Shown piece after piece: positions 63,506 to 64,000 of a stretch of 64,000 nt of DNA (position 1 is the first letter of the stretch; each line of letters begins with the position of its first letter). The notes beneath the pieces were generated by a model. That model was not told the origin of the DNA and did not search any database. It worked only from the letters and a program-made list of their open reading frames with translations. The translations under genes were made by a program, and so were the position numbers. The stretch spans positions 57,846,001-57,910,000 of the forward strand of contig CM068742.1 of assembly GCA_035084275.1 (NCBI GenBank), in the 5' to 3' direction. Origin of the DNA: Hydrolagus colliei. Taxonomy: Eukaryota.

Positions 63506-64000
63506 TTGTGAACCCCAAAATGTGCTTTAGGGTACTCCTGGGTTCTAACCACCTAAAATTGCCATTGAAAACATTGACAAGCCAGCTTCAACTCTGTCAT
63601 CAGCAGTAGAAAAGGTGAAGACCCTGAAAATATCATTGAGGCCTATGGTGAAAACCCACTGCATTCTGATTGAAAGTTCTGTCAAGATATAATCATTTAA
63701 TGAAACAGACTCAGTAGGCTGAATGATCTCCTCCTTTTCTTGGTTTCTGATATTCATTTTTTGATCCTATATTCAGATATGTCATACTGAACCTGCCCCA
63801 TTATGGCATCTACTCACTCAATTTCCTTCCTTTCAGTAAATACGGAAAGTCTCCTTCAATACTCAGCAAGGCACTTGAAGATTTAAATAGATGTTCACAG
63901 GATAAAACATTTCCTAATTCAGCTGAAAGGGTAATTATATCATTGTCATGGTAAGATAGCAATAAATTAATGTTTCCTATATTGTCATTTAAGCACAAGG

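Noticed and set aside
5515-64000. Final PCDH7 exon (DSRPLPDVALTGKC...GHSDSCWMP)
   Set aside because: Not seen in the ORF track or by eye. It presumably lies beyond the window.
1-64000. CRISPR-like array, retron or other prokaryotic system suggested by recurring short repeats and RT motifs
   Set aside because: The recurring sequences are irregularly spaced SINE and L2 tails in both orientations, and the RTs are CR1/L2 type. The DNA is a eukaryotic intron.

Overview
AT-rich vertebrate genomic DNA with no prokaryotic features. The repeat complement (CR1 and L2 LINEs, Deu-domain SINEs, a tRNA-headed SINE with an (ATT)n tail) suggests a cartilaginous fish, possibly a chimaera; this is inference. 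The window lies inside the + strand delta-1 protocadherin gene PCDH7. Only one confident coding exon is present (5298-5514, PFRRVTFSVV...GEAEHMEN), and it has two in-frame splice donors 24 nt apart. The rest is intron, filled with a 3.2-kb 5'-truncated CR1, many L2 3' fragments, young and old SINEs, two copies of a Tigger-like MITE and small duplications. Almost all ORFs in the track are noise or LINE debris. The best leads are: (1) a U_UUA_AAC slippery site at the CR1 ORF1/ORF2 junction, fused in frame in this copy by an apparent extra G; (2) a candidate alternative terminal PCDH7 exon at 46567; (3) nested insertions and hairpin-type mutations concentrated in SINE tRNA heads; (4) a 3' tail shared by the SINE and L2. 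No clearly novel gene system could be demonstrated. Boundaries of old repeats are approximate.
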